Shown: positions 39,515 through 53,037 of the stretch, in pieces | Layout: the number at the start of each line of letters is the position of its first letter | How positions within the stretch are numbered: the stretch's first letter is position 1 | Assembly (NCBI RefSeq): GCF_039654945.1 | Contig: NW_027361841.1 | Span: 5,580,001 to 5,644,000 of the forward strand | From: Dendrobates tinctorius | Lineage: Eukaryota | Length of the DNA stretch: 64,000 nucleotides | Direction of reading: 5' to 3' | The notes under the pieces: model-generated | What the model saw: the letters and a program-made list of their open reading frames with translations, nothing else | The model's database searches: none | What the model was told of the DNA's origin: nothing | Made by a program: the position numbers and the translations under genes

Positions 39515-42158
39515 TGTGACGAGATCAACTTACGCTGAGTCGACTTTTTTTTTAGAGTGGACCCTCTGGGTCGTAGCACCCACCCACCTAGGGCGAGCTG
39601 ACCTTGTGAGGAACCAACCCCTATACAGGGAGTATCAGGGGCAAGACCAAGGGGGTGAGCCACCACTACTGCTGGCACCAGAAGGCCGGCTCAAGTAGAC
39701 ACTAGGTACGAGTGTCTGAGGACACGGATGTGCAGGAAACAAGACAAGACGTAAGTTCAAGGTATCTTCATTAAGGCAAATTCAGGATAACGTTCAGTGC
39801 AAAAACATGATAACAAGCAAACTCGGCAAGGTGCGTGCGTGGCATGCCAAGGTCCATGGAATAGTACGTGCTAGAAGGCAAGCCCGGTTGCCGGCAAGGA
39901 CACGATGGCATCAGACTCTGTACAGCTGGCAGGGATCAGGGCATCAGGCTGTAGACTTCATGCTTACGATCTCTGGCAGGGATGGCAGGTTCCGGGAATC
40001 CAGCAGATAAACCAGGGTACAGGCAAGGAGACATGACAGATCTCCAGGCATGGTGCGTGTTAGGGAACACGCCGAGGTCCAAGGCAAGATTCCAGGCAGG
40101 GTGCTTGCTAAGGGCACACCAGGGTCCAGGGTAAGTTGCAAGGCAAGGTGCGTGTGTAGGGAACACGCCAGGTTCAACGTGCAAAGAACAGTGCGTGTGT
40201 AGGGGACACACCAGGGTTCAAAGTTCAACATACAAGACAGGATGCGTGTATAGAAACACGCCAAGGCACAAGGGACAAGGCAGAGTCCTGCGTGTGCAGA
40301 GGGCACGCCAGGGTCATAGTTCAAGGCAGGGTCCTGTGCGTGCAGAGGGGCACGCTAGGGTCAGGGTTCAAGGCAGAGTCCTGTGCGCGCAGAGGGACAC
40401 ACCAGGGTCAGGTTTCAAGGCAGAGTCCTGCGCATGCAGAGAGACATACCAGGGTCAAGGTTCAAGGCAGAGTCCTGCGCATGCTAAGAGACATGCCAGG
40501 GTCAGGGTTCAAGACAGAGTCCTGCACGTGCAGAGGGCACGCAAGGGTCAGGGTTAAAAGCAGAGTCCTGCACGTGCAGAGGGCACGCCAAGGATAGAGT
40601 ACCGGCTAGGACCTGTGCGTGCAAAAGGGCATGACAGGGTACATGGCAAGGCCTGCGCATACTTTTACAGAAGCATGGGGAGGTATGCCACGGGGCAGAC
40701 GAGGGCCTGCACGTGCTAAGAGAGGAGCACGCAAAGCACAGTGCAGAGACAGCATGGGTGCAAGGAAGCACAAAGAGCACGACTGGGCACTGGCTAGCTG
40801 GACAGGCTGCAGCACAAACAGGCGGGTAAAACTCCAGCAAACCCAGCTGGGGCATAGCAGGCGACACAGCTGTCACTGACCGATGAGCACGGCTGAGGCA
40901 CAAGCAGGAGGCTAGGATGGCCAGGCGCATGCAAAGGGCACACGAAGAAACAAGGCAAGGTAAAGCGAGAAACAAGGCAAGGTTAGACAGAGTATGGAAC
41001 ATGGAGCAGAGCTTAGGCGGAAACACAGAGTCAGATCAGAGAGAGAAAAGAGCTAGCAGCGGAGCGTAGGCTGAAGCCCAGAGCCGGGTCAAGGAAGAGC
41101 CTTGAGACTAGCGTGGAAATGTGCAAGAGAGCACCAAAGGTAAGAGAGCAGAGATGGTGTGTGTGCCAGGAGACACATCAGAGCACTAGGCAGAGAACAG
41201 GGTTAGCAGCGGAGCGTAGGCCAAAGTCCAGAGCCGGGTCAAGGAAGAACCTTGAGACTAGCCATGAAATGTGCTAGAGAGCACAAAAGGTAAGAGAGGA
41301 GGAATGGTGCGTGTGCCAGGAGGCACAACAGAGCACCATAGGACAGAGCAAGGCAGAACAAGCAAAGACAGAGAACATAGATAGGAACACAAGGCAAAGC
41401 ATAGCAAAGGCAAGACATGGCAAAGCAGGCAAGGCAGAGAACACCGGAAGGACTACAAGTCCAAGCATGACAAGGACAAAACATGGCACAATGGACAAAC
41501 ACAAGACAAGGCACGAGACAAGAGGCAGAGTACAAGCACAGCGCGTGTGCAGAGATGCCCTACAGAGCAGAGTGCAGGGGTACAGAATACAGGGAGCGAC
41601 CGAGCAGACCAAGCAGCCATGCAGGGAAGCAACACGATACTCAGGCCCCGACCATAGGATGGGGTGGTCTGATATAGCACCATAGCACCTGCACTTCTGG
41701 GTCAGGACCAGAGAAGGACTTCTGGTTCAGATCCTCCAAGATCATAGAGAGTGTTGCTAGATCAGACTGGGCTGAACCATAGAGAAGGTCACATGATCAG
41801 GGGCTCCAGGAATACATAGAGGATTGCAGAATCAGACAGTGCTGGAACACAGGAAAGGTCACATGATCAGGGGCTCCAGGAATAGAGGATTGCAGAATCA
41901 GAGCAGAGACGGATGGTTACCTAGCAACGGCGTGCAGCCATGAGGTAAGGCACGCATGCACACCGCTCCAGGCATCTTGCAGCACAAGACATAACGGGCA
42001 TGAGAATTCAGTGCACATGCACACCGCTCCAGGAGTCATGCGACATACCAGACATGGTGGGCATGATAGTTCGGTGCACGTGCACACTGCTCCAGGGGTC
42101 ATGCAGAATTACAGACATGGCGGGCATGACAGGCATAACAGACATGACGGGCATGAAA
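39515..42158. mobile_element. 2.64-kb solo-LTR-like insertion inflated by tandem repeats
   Basis: Starts TGTGAC and ends catgaaa (~CA); 5-bp TSD cctta at 39510-39514 and 42159-42163; splits the Tc1 ORF; 46-47-bp repeats at ~40050-40620. Confidence 0.75.
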
Positions 42159-42380
42159 CCTTATGGTCTTTGGCAATCATCAGCCTGACTCTCCTTTGCT
42201 TCTCATTGATGAAAGGCTTTTTTCTACCTTTACATGACTTGAGCTCTGCCTCTAGGAGCCTGTTACGAAGTGCTCTTGCCATGCACTTCACCCCAGCTGC
42301 CACTTGCCATTCCTTTTGAAGGTCACTTGATGTCATCTTGCGGTTGCTGAGTGACATTCGAATTAGATGACAGTAATCAC
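42159..42380 (-). pseudogene. Tc1 transposase, 5' (HTH) part
   Basis: RNRLLEAELKSCKGRKKPFINEKQRRVRL..AKDHK; joins 39514 when the insertion is removed. Confidence 0.85.
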
Positions 42381-43519
42381 AGTCTATGCAATTCTCTATT
42401 TCTGATGCAACATTTGTGGATGCTAGAAATGGGCCCGATTGTGGATTTTTTTATTTAAGAAACTTACAGAGAAGTCAAACTGTAGAATGTCATAGCGTTT
42501 TGGGCACTCTATAGTTTCTGAAATCAGTTTAGAAACTCCTGAGTGTTCTCCTATGTCTCTATGACATTCCACATTGGAGAAAATGTCACTTTTAAATTGT
42601 CGATGAAGCATTACTATTTTATCATGCATATTTATTGAATCCCTCTGGTGTGCAGATACAGTATTTCATTTCTGCAAGCTTAGGTCAGCAAGTATAGGAT
42701 AAAACATAAATTTTTGCCAGTTTTACTTATATTGACAATTTTGCACAGTGTCTAAATATAAAGCACAGACGAGTCAAAAACTGCCATGAGACATCTTGGA
42801 TTTTACTTTGCTTTTTGTCTGCTCTAGCGGGAGTTTTTAGTTGCATGCAGTTCAATGTTTGCATCCATGAATGTCAATGCCAGTATTGATGTTAGGGATG
42901 ATGTGCACAGCTATTCAACACTGAAATCCCAACAGATCTTAGAAATTTCAGTTAACATATGTACACCCTTACAGGTAGTCGGATAACAGGAAGCATGGGA
43001 AATCCTCAGAAAAAAACAATAGAGCATTATGTGTTAAATACACAGTTTTTAGTCTTAGTTCATTTTAAATCATTAGCTCAAAACCTGTTTTTATAAAAAA
43101 AAATAGATTTTTATATTTTTTAAACTGAAAATGTGAAAATATATTCTGCATAGACAGTAACTTTTTTTGGTCATAAAAGCCAAATTATCAACTTCAAAAT
43201 AATGTTCTTCTTTACAACCCCCCCCCCCAATAATTACTATGCAAAGAAAATGATCTGTCATTGTCCTTAAAAGGCCCTTGGCATATATCTATCCATAGTG
43301 TGGTACTTGGATGTCTTTATAGAGCACAAATACATTAAATAGGGCAGTAATGCGCTTGTGTGACCATCACTCCATTCAAGCAATTCCAGCACAAAGGCTT
43401 GGATCTACCCACCTAGAAATTTGTAAGGGTCCCATAGATAAGATCATCAGTGTTCACATAATGTACTGGTGCATCTCACAAAATTATAATATCATCAAAA
43501 AGTTAATTTATTTCAGTTC

Positions 43520-46500
43520 TTCAATACAAAAAGTAAATAAAAAAGCAAGGCAAAAAAAGCGCTTTATCATCATACTGCCAAACAAAAAGTGGAATAAAAC
43601 GTGATCAAAAAGACAGATATAAATAAACATGGTACCACTGAAAACATCATTTTGTCCCACAAAAATCAAGTAGCCATATCAGCAGAAAAATAAAAAAGTT
43701 ATAGCCCTCAGAATAAAGTGATGCAAAACTATATTTTTTCTGTAAAATAGTTTTTAAAAGCGCCAAAACATAAAAAAATTTATATAAATGAGGTATTGCT
43801 GTAATCATACTGACCAGATGAATTAAACTACCTTCTGAATTTTACCACACACGGAACAGCTTGAACCCCCCAAAAAATCCAGAATTGCTGGTTTTTGTTC
43901 ATTCTGCATTCCAAAAATCAGAATAGAAAGTAATCAAAAAATGTCAACAATGGTACCAATAAAAACGTCAACTCGTCCCACAAAAAACAAGCCCTCAAAT
44001 GACTCTGTGGGTCAAAATAAGGAAAAATTATAGCTCTCAAAAAAAGGGATGCAAAAACTTTATTTTGCAATAAAAAGCGTCTTTTAGTATGTGACAGAAG
44101 CCAAACATAAAAACCCAATATAAATCTGCTAAGGTTGTAATCGCACCGAACCGAAGAATAAAGTCTCCTAATCACTTATACCGCATGAGGAACAGCGTAA
44201 AAAAATAAATAAAACCAAATTTTCACCTACTGTTAATTCCTGCATTCTGCCTCTGAAAGATCTCAGAAAGGCTGTGGGCACATTTATTCTGCGCTCTGCG
44301 TTCAGTGCTTACATTGGGGTTTCCATGTAAATCTCTGAAAACGTTATTCACACGCAACCTCTGGCAGAAGATTCCCTATAATGAGGCAGATGAAGGCACT
44401 GTGGACGCCGTCTAAACTGTGATCTGGCGGTGTCCGTCTTTTAAGGATTGCATAAAAGTGCCGCCGGCAACAGTTTTGTGCACTTCTGAAAAGAAAAAGG
44501 ATGAACAGAGGCCAGACAGAGTCAAGAGTAACTCTACTGCCTCATTATAGTGAATGGATCTCTCATGGGGTTAATCTGAATCATGTCACTGATTTAGATT
44601 GAAACTCCAAAGTAAGTGCTCAGTGTAGAGCACCTGATAACTGGGATCCCAAATGTTATGTAAAATGTTCCCATTAAAAGCATGAACTCAATCCACAAAA
44701 AAGCAAGCCCTCAATCAATTCTATCATCTGTTAATGGAAATATAGGGGGCTTCCATGTTACTAGTAGTACAAAGGCTCTGGAAAAGCAAAATTGCTCCAT
44801 AAGCCTCCAAAAGAAATTCAGCAAATTATGTGCTCCCAAATCCAAATGCTCCCCTCCCTTCTGAGCCCCCAGTATACCTAAACCACATATAGAGTCCACA
44901 TGTTTGGGATTTCTGAAGCGATGCCTCCAGAAGCACGGTCTAGGCATAATGTACTGGTGATTGCAATAAAGTGGTCACTACAGCGTATTGGTCACTACAA
45001 CGGCAGTTTAAAATTTTTACTCGCAACATTCATTTCTACTTGTTTCAGGAAAATACCCATTGAGTCAAAATCAGCACTAAACCTGTAGATAAATTACCCA
45101 AGTGGTATGATTTCTAAAATGGGGTCACTTGAGGGGGATTCTTCTCTTCTAGTAATTAGGGACTGTATACGGAGTCCGCATAGCACTCCGTTCCTCCAGA
45201 GTTTCTCCGTATGGCTATGTAGTACTGTACAGCCACATATGGAGTAGTGTCACATTCAGTAGAAATTGTGGGACAAATTTTGGTGCTATTTTTACACACC
45301 TCTTGTGTGAAAATTTAAAATCTGGGGATAATACTAATTTTTGATGGTAAAAATGTTTTTCTCACTCATCAATGGTATAAAATTCTGTGACACACACATG
45401 GTTTCAATATAATCACTGCACCCCTAGATGAATTCATTAAGAGTGTAATTTGTAAAAGGGGTCACTTATGGGGGGTTCTGCTGTTTTGGCACCTCATGGG
45501 TTCTCCAAGTGGGTCATGGCACCTGCAAACCATAACTGTTAAATCTGGTGTTGTAATTTCCTGATTACATGTAGGGTATTGGCATACTCAGGAAAAAATG
45601 GACTTCAGTTTGTTGTAAAAAAAATTTCCTATTAGCTTAGAAAAACTAAAAACTTGGGGCTAAAGCAACATTTTTATGAAGAAAATGTGATTTTATTATC
45701 TTCACGGCTCAACATTATAAACTTCTGTGAAGCACCTGGGGGTTCAAGGTACTCACCACACATCTTAATATATTCCTTGAAGGGTCTAGTTTCCAAAATG
45801 GGGTAATTTATTGGGATTTCCACTGTTTAGGTACATCAGGGGCTCTCCAAATGGGACATGATGTCCGCTAATGATTCCAGGAAATTTTAAAATCAAAAAG
45901 TCTAATGACGCTCCTTCCCTTCCGAACCCTGCCATGCGCACAAACAACAGTTTTCTCCCTCATATTGGGTATCAGTGTACTCAGGAGAAATTACATAACA
46001 AATTGCATGGTGCAATTTCTCCTATTACCCTTCTGAAACTGCAAAATTTGGGGCTAAAACAATATTTTTGTTAGGAAAATGTGATTTTATTATTTTCATG
46101 GCTCAACATTATCAGCTTCTGTGAAGCACCTGGGAGTTTAAGGTGCTCACCACACATTTAAATACATTCCTTGAGGGGTCTAGTTTCCAAAATGTGGTCA
46201 TTTATTTGGGGTTTAGACTGTTTACGTACATCAGGGGCTCTCAAAATGGGACATGATGTCCGCTAATGATTTCAGGATATGTTACATTCAAAAAGCCAAA
46301 TTACACTCCTTCCCTTCCAAGCCCTACTCCCAAACAGTACTTTTCTACCTCATATTGGGTATCGGTGTACTCAGGAGAAATTGCACTACAAAATGTATGG
46401 TGCAATTTCTCCTATTACTGCTATGAACATGCAATATTCAATTTCCAAATTTTCACAAAATTTCCATTTTTTTCACAAACGAAAGTCATACCGAAGAAAT

Positions 46501-46708
46501 TTTACTACTATCATGAAGTACGATATGTCACGAAAAAACCATCTCAGGATCACCAGGATCCGTTACAATATGTCACGAAAAAACTGTCTCAGGATCACCA
46601 GGATCCGTTGATGCATTCCAGAATTATTACCCCATAAAGTGACAGTGGTCAGAATTGAAAAAATAGTCCCAGTCATTAACATGCAAACGACCCTCGGTGA
46701 TAAAGGGG
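43520..46708. mobile_element. Non-autonomous piggyBac-like element with ~400-bp internal repeats
   Basis: Ends 'aaggggTTAA'; the terminus is the inverted match of 22581-22780; internal repeats at ~45720 and ~46118. Confidence 0.65.
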
Positions 46709-47539
46709 TTAAAAATGCTGAAAAAAACAGTCAAAAGAAGGTCTTTTAGCATTTACATTAAAAAAGGTTTTCGATGATTACACATTATTTGTTTACCCTT
46801 AAACTGGATTCATTATATATCAGTAGAAGTTTTTCAAGGAGTTTTTTTTGAGTCAAACCCTGGAGTGGATACAAAAGAGAGAAGTCTTTTCACTATAACT
46901 TACTAGTTTTTTTTATCTAGTCCTGGGTTTGGCTAAAAAAAAAAAATCTAAAAAATTCCACAATTACCGCATATAGATTTCTGACCCTAGATTAAGCCAT
47001 AAATGTTAATTAAACATTTGACACCTGAAATGGAACATAAATAAGCCCTATCAAGATTATTTCAATGCATCAGTCCATGAAGATGGACCAGGCACAGTAA
47101 ATCAGCCTCAATCACTTGCTGATTGTGTGGGTCTCAGGGGTCAGAGCCACAGCAGTCACACACTGACTACTCATCAAGTATTTCCAGAATGTGTACCTGT
47201 AATAAGCTGAAAGATTAATTACAGTATAATGGAAAGTTGTACAACCTTTGTGTTTCAATTCCTTAAGTAAAGGCAGAGGCTAAATTCTGCATAACCTAAT
47301 AAAGACTGCAGCTAAAAGTTTGGTAAAATTGTATCCCATCTAGGAAAAGTTCTGCTATGTAATTTTTTCTAACTTATTTTAACACTAAATATACATTTGA
47401 ATATATTTTGTACTCCCCTGCATATAGAATGAAAAAGAGAAAGCTTTGCAAGAATACCACTAGAAGGGAGCATACTAGTATTATCTGGAGCATTTGCTGT
47501 CAGTAGACAGGTTGAAAGTCTGTAATAGAATTGTAAATA

Positions 47540-48095
47540 CACAGGTGCTTATGAAAAAATTAGAATAACATCAAAAAGATAATTTATTTCAGTTCTTCAA
47601 TACAAAAAGTGAAACTCATATATTATATAGCGTCATTACAAACCGAGTGATCTTTTTCAAGCGTTTATTTCTGTTTATGTTGATGAAATAATTTCAGGAA
47701 AAGAACATCTCGCAAACCACTAAGCATGGGGGTGGATCAATCATGATTTGAGGTTGGGTTCTAGCCAATGGCGTGGGGAACACTTCACTGGAGGAAAGAA
47801 TGGATTTAATGACATTTCAACACATTTTTGATGCAAACATAACACCATCTGTAAAAAAGCTGAAGCTGAAAAGAGGATGGCTTCTACAAATGGAGAATGA
47901 TTGCACTTTTTTTTCCAATTTCAGCGCACTGGGAATATTTTTTTTGTTGTTTTCTAGTACACGACATGGTAAAACCATAGGTGTCATTCAAAAATACGAC
48001 TCGCCCCACAAAAAACAGCCCTCACATGGCCATATTGATGGAAAAATAAAAAAGTTATTGACCAGGGGTACCCAAAATTTTACATGCCACTGTAT
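47540..48095 (+). mobile_element. Composite Tc1-like remnant
   Basis: 'aagcatgggggtggatcaatcatgatt' (KHGGGSIMI); Tc1-like termini. Confidence 0.5.
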
Positions 48096-48851
48096 GTGCC
48101 GTAGATGGTGGAATTTGTAAAGTCTTTACAATTTTATATTGAGAAACATTTTTCTGAAAATGTTCACCAATTTTTTGATGCAGTTATTCAGTGTTGAACC
48201 TCTGCCTATCTTTGCTTTTGAAAAACTCTGCCTTTCTAACATGCAATTTATATACACAGCCATGTTACGTAGATGAAATTGACCCTCCAGCTTTACATCA
48301 GTTCCACTTACTTTTCGAGTCTTTGGTTAAGCCTACCCATACTTTTTTGATGTGTTGCTCCCATCACTTGCTAAGGCTAGTTTCACACTAGCGTATCTAC
48401 ACGCAGCGCTACATTAATGAGTACAGGGATATCATACCCTGTAAGATTATATATCAACTGTTGTTCGACTTATATATTTATTGGCTAGCATAGAATATAA
48501 AATTCGATATACAATATGTGAAACCTGTATTGTGAAGCATTTAATGGATAGTTCTAATGAAAACGTCTACAATAAATCCACAGTATCCAGGAACAGTGGT
48601 GAGAGACACCAAGGTAACATTTCAGCGTTACATATAATAACGATGTAAATAATATAAATGCCCAGGAGAGGTCACAATAAACAATGTTTACAGTTAAGAA
48701 AGCATTCCCATGTATTTTTTTAAATTAAATATGTTAATATGTGCATGTAATGTAGTGGGAGTGAATGAATATACTCACCTATTGCTTTTCTCTCTGATGT
48801 TTAGCATTATTCCTCTTCTCTTCTGAGTGATGTCATCGGAAGTGACTTTTA

Positions 48852-49363
48852 GGCCATAGTCACACATTCAGTATTTGGTCGTATTTTACCTCAGTATCTG
48901 TAACTTGAGTTGAGCAACTTTAGTCGGATCGGGTTTCATGAAACAAAATTTGTTTCAGATGAAACTGGTCTGACTAGGGCAAAAAAAGTCGGAGTTTTGT
49001 CCGAAACCCGACCCCAATGCAAGTCAATTGGAAAAAAACGTCGGCATTGAGCGGATGACATTCATCCACTCAATACCGACTTTTATTCCCCATTGACTTG
49101 CATTGGGGTCGGGTTTCGGACGAAACTCCGACTTTTTTTGCCCTAGTCGGACCAGTTTCATCTGAAACAAATTTTGTTTCATGAAACCCGATCCGACTAA
49201 AGTCGCTCAACTCTATCTGTAACCCATAACCAGGACTGGGTGGTAAATACAGAAGTGGTGACGTGTTTCTATTATACTTTTCCTCTGATCGTTCCTCTTC
49301 TGGTTTTGGCTTACAGATACTGAGGTAAAATACTGATCAAATACTGAATGTTTGAACTTGGCC
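48852..49363. mobile_element. Harbinger-type MITE interrupted by the hAT fold-back
   Basis: TTA|ggcca..cacattcagtatttg / caaatactgaatg..tggcc|TTA. Confidence 0.7.
48905..49215. mobile_element. 311-bp fold-back hAT MITE related to the large hAT family
   Basis: Near-perfect palindrome; ends tcgctcaactcta; 8-bp TSD tctgtaac at 48897-48904 and 49216-49223; arms resemble 22150-22308. Confidence 0.9.
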
Positions 49364-49682
49364 TTACAATGTAAGTCTATGGAGTGTTAGAATGCAGCTT
49401 CATAGGCTTTATCTGTCAGAGCGGCTTTCAGATCATGCATAGAGCATATGGTGAGCCCGCTAGTTGCAGTAGCTTTCAGGAGAGAAGAATGGAGCTGGAC
49501 ACCGGAGAGAGCAGCGGTAGATGAGTATATTAACACATACACACTACATTACAGACATATATACATATTTTTAATAAAAAGAAAATATTCATGAGTGCTT
49601 CTTTAAGTACTGTATAGAAGAAAACTATATTCATATGAAAATCTACTAGGGTACCTAGTAGCTTAAATATTCCATCTAATAA

Positions 49683-50606
49683 TATAATAATACATTTTAT
49701 TTCTATAGCGCCGACATATTCCGCAGCACTTTACATTTCAGAGGGGACTTGTACAGACAATAGACATTACAGCATAACAATAAACACATAGATTATAACA
49801 AATACCAAGAGAAATGAGGGCCCTGCTCGCAAGCTTACAATCTATGAGGAAAAAGGGGAGACACGAAAGGTGGGTGGTAACAATTGCCCTGATTGTTTGG
49901 AGCAGCCATAATGTTAAGTGTGTAACAGTACAGACACAGAGGGCTAATGGATGCATAAAGCATGTGGGAACATGATGCGGGGAACCTGGTTATGGTAAAA
50001 CTTTTGACTGTGCCACCCAGGGATAGATTAGGTTAATGTGTTGAGGCGGTAGGCCAGTCTGAATAAATGCTTTTTCAGGGCACGCTTAAACTTGTGAGGA
50101 TTGGGGACTAATCGTATTGACCTGGGAAGTGCATTCCAAAGAATTGGCGCAGCACGTGTAAAGTCTTGTAGACGGGAGTGGGAGATCCTGATTGTTGAGA
50201 ATGCTAACCTCAGGTCATCAGCAGAACGGAGGATGCGGGTAGAGTGGTATACTGAAACAAGAGAGGAGATGTAGGGTGGTGCTGAGCCATGGAGAGCTTT
50301 GTGGGTGAGGGTAATAAGTTTGTACTGGATTCTGGAGTGGATGGGTAGCCAGTGTAATGACTGGCACAAGGTAGAGGCTTCGGTGTAACGATTGGTGAGG
50401 AATATGATCCTGGCTGCAGCATTCAAGACAGATTGGAGAGGGGAGAGTTTGGTAAGAGGGAGACCGATTAGAAGAGAGTTACAATAGTCCAGACGAGAAT
50501 GAATAAGAGAAACAGTAACAGTTTTTGTGGAGTCAAAAGTAAGAAAAGGTTGAATTCTAGAAATGTTTTTGAGGTGCAGATGACAAGAGCGAGCCAGTGA
50601 TTGAAT
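49683..50606 (-). mobile_element. L2 LINE 3' fragment (RT C-terminal region plus 3' UTR)
   Basis: NAAARIIF..LHWLPI..RIQYKL..HKALHGSAPPYISSL..WNALP; L2-type tail. Confidence 0.9.
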
Positions 50607-51134
50607 GTGGGGGGCACATCTAATCTCACATATTTTTGATCATTTATATGTGTGGATTTGTTAGAGTATAACATATTTTTGATGTAATCAATTTAAATCA
50701 TATGTTGTTATAATCTGAACTACTATCCAGTAAGTTATGTTGTTCCCTCTAAATGTATTACATTTCATAAGCACACAGATAGTTTTACATTTATTGCTCC
50801 CAAATATGCATATTAATAGAGATTATTCTTTTGTCCTACTAATGATGATATCTTAAATCTAATATATGACCTATTTAAGGCCAATTGCACAATAGATAGC
50901 TGTTAGTCAAACATTCGTTCAGCTTATAGCTATCTCTTCCGAGTTCCCCATGCACAGGAACACTTGGATAAGTTCGATCTGGAGGCCCGCACACCACATT
51001 TGAATGTTGATCGATTTCGCAAATATCAGTGGATTGGACTGATGTTAGTCAAAGCTGTTTGGGGGACTTTAGAAAAGATTAATAATGATAAATTCATTTG
51101 ATTCCAACTATGTGATAACTTCAATTATAAAGTT

Positions 51135-51680
51135 ACATAGTTACACAGGTTGAAAAAAGACTGAGGTCCATCAAGTTTAACCTTTCTCCACCACATGTGC
51201 ATTTTTATCACTAAAGTATCTCTAACCCACAATGTTATGTGTATTGAGGAACTCATTTACCTCTTTTTTAAAAGCTGTTATAGTGTCTGCCATTACTATT
51301 TCTTGTGGTAGGGCATTCCACAGTCTGACTGCTCTAACTGTAAAGAACCCTTTTCTATTTCGCTGCCGGAATCACCTTTCTTACACCCGTAATGAGTGCC
51401 CTTTGGTCCTTAGTACAGTCTGTCGAAGGAATAAGTCATGTGCCAGTAATTTGTATTTACCACACATGTATTTATACATATAAATAAGATTTCCTCCGAG
51501 ACGTCTTTTTTCTAAACAAGCCCACCTTTTCCATCCTCTCTCCTCAAATGAGAGGCTTTCCATCCCTTGTAATAATTTAGTTGCCCTCCTTTGAACTTAC
51601 TCTAACTTCTGAATATCCTTTTAAAATATGGAGCCCAAAACTGGAGCCAATGTTCTAGATGTGACCTCACAAGTGATTTA
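51135..51680 (-). mobile_element. CR1-like LINE 3' fragment (older)
   Basis: LEKRRL.GNLIYMYKY..RTKGHSL; 'tacatagttac' tail. Confidence 0.75.
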
Positions 51681-53037
51681 TATATCTTTTAGTTTTTCTT
51701 TCTGAAGTGTTCTAACAATAATAAAAAAACAGCCGTTATGCATCAGTATGAATACGCAATAGACAATGCAATTTACAGAACCGGTAAAGTGTTGTGTGCT
51801 TTGTCATATCACTCAACTTATATAACCTACAGTAAATGTGCTCTTTGAAATTGGAAGTGTCTGGAATATTTTGATATCAGCTTGCCAATTAATGTCCTTT
51901 TTATTTATTTTCATGTTCGTATGTGTGTTTGCAGTAATTCACATCTGGACAACACTATATTTAGTTATTGTAAGAAGGCGAGACATTTGCATCATTGGGC
52001 TTATCATGTCTTAAATCCTAACACCAAATGTATCCACCAATATGGATAAAAAAAAAATCTTATGAAACATTCACACAATAATACAGCATGCTAGCAAAAC
52101 CACTGACAGGCTACAATTCACATCAAAACTAGATACACATTAACACCCTTGCATCTCATAACACAGTATCACAAAATTATGGTTTTTTTATTCAGAAGAT
52201 AGTAATCTCACATCATACATTTTGAAAAGAGTGACCCAATGCACAGCCTCTCCCTTGCTCCATACACTTGTATGGAGCAAGGTCACGCTTACTAGACAGT
52301 TTCTGTCGGTAAGTATGCATATCGCATGCATCACAGCCGTTCCCAACTCAGTAACCGTTGAATCCACGCAATGCACAGTGTGTGCGCTGGTGGGATTTAC
52401 AAGTCTGCAGTTACACAAAGTGACTGCAGACATTTTAGACCGGACCACCCCATTAAAGCTCTGGGACCTCAATGTACAATCAGTATCAGACCACCAACCA
52501 CCATTCATCATTATTGGTACTGATGTTCTCTTATATGGCAAGAGGAGCCATTGAACATAGGTTTTGTACCCCTATATCTATGCATCTCAACTGATACAGA
52601 TCATTAGGTGACTAAGCATATTAGCTTGCTGCCTGCCATTATATGTTATATATTGACTGGCAGACAGTACAAGAGACTTTAAGGGAATCTTTTAACAGGT
52701 TTTTGCTATGTAATCTGAGGAGAGCATTAGGTAGCAGCAGAGACACCGATTTCACTTATTAGTCATTGTGCTGTTATTGAATGAAGGTTTTATCATTAGA
52801 TTATAATTGCTCAGACTAGCTCTCTCATGTCAAGTGGTCTGGATATACCACCACCTCTGATAAGCAGCTCACTGTCAATAGACAATGTACATAGAAAGAG
52901 TTGGTTTGGGTGGAGTTAGTTTCTGAGCTCTGCTATATGCTGCATTTAAAAATTCTGATTGTGTCACAACTCCAGCACCCAGTAAACTAATTGATACATC
53001 ATTGGAATCAGGCTCACTTTCCCTACATGCTGCTCAC

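Larger units (their letters stand above)
48698..49602. mobile_element. TTAA-flanked T2-type MITE hosting two nested MITEs
   Basis: TTAA|gaaagcattc...gagtgcttct|TTAA; matching inner 'aatatactcacctattgct' / 'agcggtagatgagtatatt'. Confidence 0.55.

Noticed and set aside
39807-42188. Many overlapping ORFs
   Set aside because: By-products of stop-poor tandem repeats within the LTR-like insertion; no domain motifs.
52188-52554. Possible host exon (also 9742-10136 and 11466-11702)
   Set aside because: No recognisable protein similarity or convincing splice-site pair; cannot be supported without RNA-seq or conservation data.
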